From Camelus dromedarius (Eukaryota): DNA of 64,000 bases. The DNA lies in assembly GCF_036321535.1 (NCBI RefSeq), contig NC_087438.1, positions 10,046,001-10,110,000 on the forward strand. Reading direction: 5' to 3'. Both the position numbers and the translations under genes were made by a program. The notes beneath the pieces were generated by a model. That model searched no databases. It saw nothing but the letters and a program-made list of their open reading frames with translations, and was not told the DNA's origin. This document shows, one piece after another, positions 63,801 through 64,000 of the stretch (position 1 is its first letter; each line of letters starts with the position of its first letter).

Positions 63801-64000
63801 ATCGTCAAGTGTTGTCACCAGCTGTAGAGTGATTTGGTAATTAGACAAAGTATTTTTGAAGGGGTTTATTATTAAAAGCAAATGGTAGCCAGTTTTGATA
63901 GGTGAAAAATTATTTGAGAAAAACAGGATTCCAGGTGATTAAATGGAGAGCAGATGAAGTCGGGGAGAAGAGGACGTGGAGGAGGATGGGCAACCAGGCC

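Larger units (their letters stand above)
41471..64000 (+). other. TRIO: TRIO intron 1 (continues past window end)
   Basis: Starts at the GTGAGT donor. I found no sequence encoding the expected exon 2 peptide (FRKNDEMKAMDVLPILKEK) in the window. Confidence 0.85.

Overview
Mammalian genomic DNA, very probably a camelid (camel/alpaca/llama): it carries four copies of a tRNA-derived SINE matching my recollection of camelid Vic-1, plus cetartiodactyl-type L1 3' ends. The only protein-coding sequence I can support is exon 1 of TRIO (Rho GEF), at 41314-41470 on the + strand, inside a CpG island of about 2.3 kb. Bases 1-40400 are upstream intergenic DNA and 41471-64000 is the start of intron 1; both are dense with L1, L2, MIR, MaLR/ERVL LTR and DNA transposon remnants. 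The other ORFs in the track are repeat relics or GC-rich artefacts. I found no convincing novel biological system. The most interesting points are: a TISU/YY1-like initiator that opens a 10-aa uORF in the TRIO leader, followed by a second uORF; an orphan 171-bp retroposed mRNA-like 3' end with a target-site duplication (TSD); a 72-bp dispersed direct repeat; several ultra-short TSD-flanked retro-insertions; and a few candidate enhancer/CTCF motifs. Repeat family names come from memory of consensus sequences, and boundaries without TSDs are approximate.
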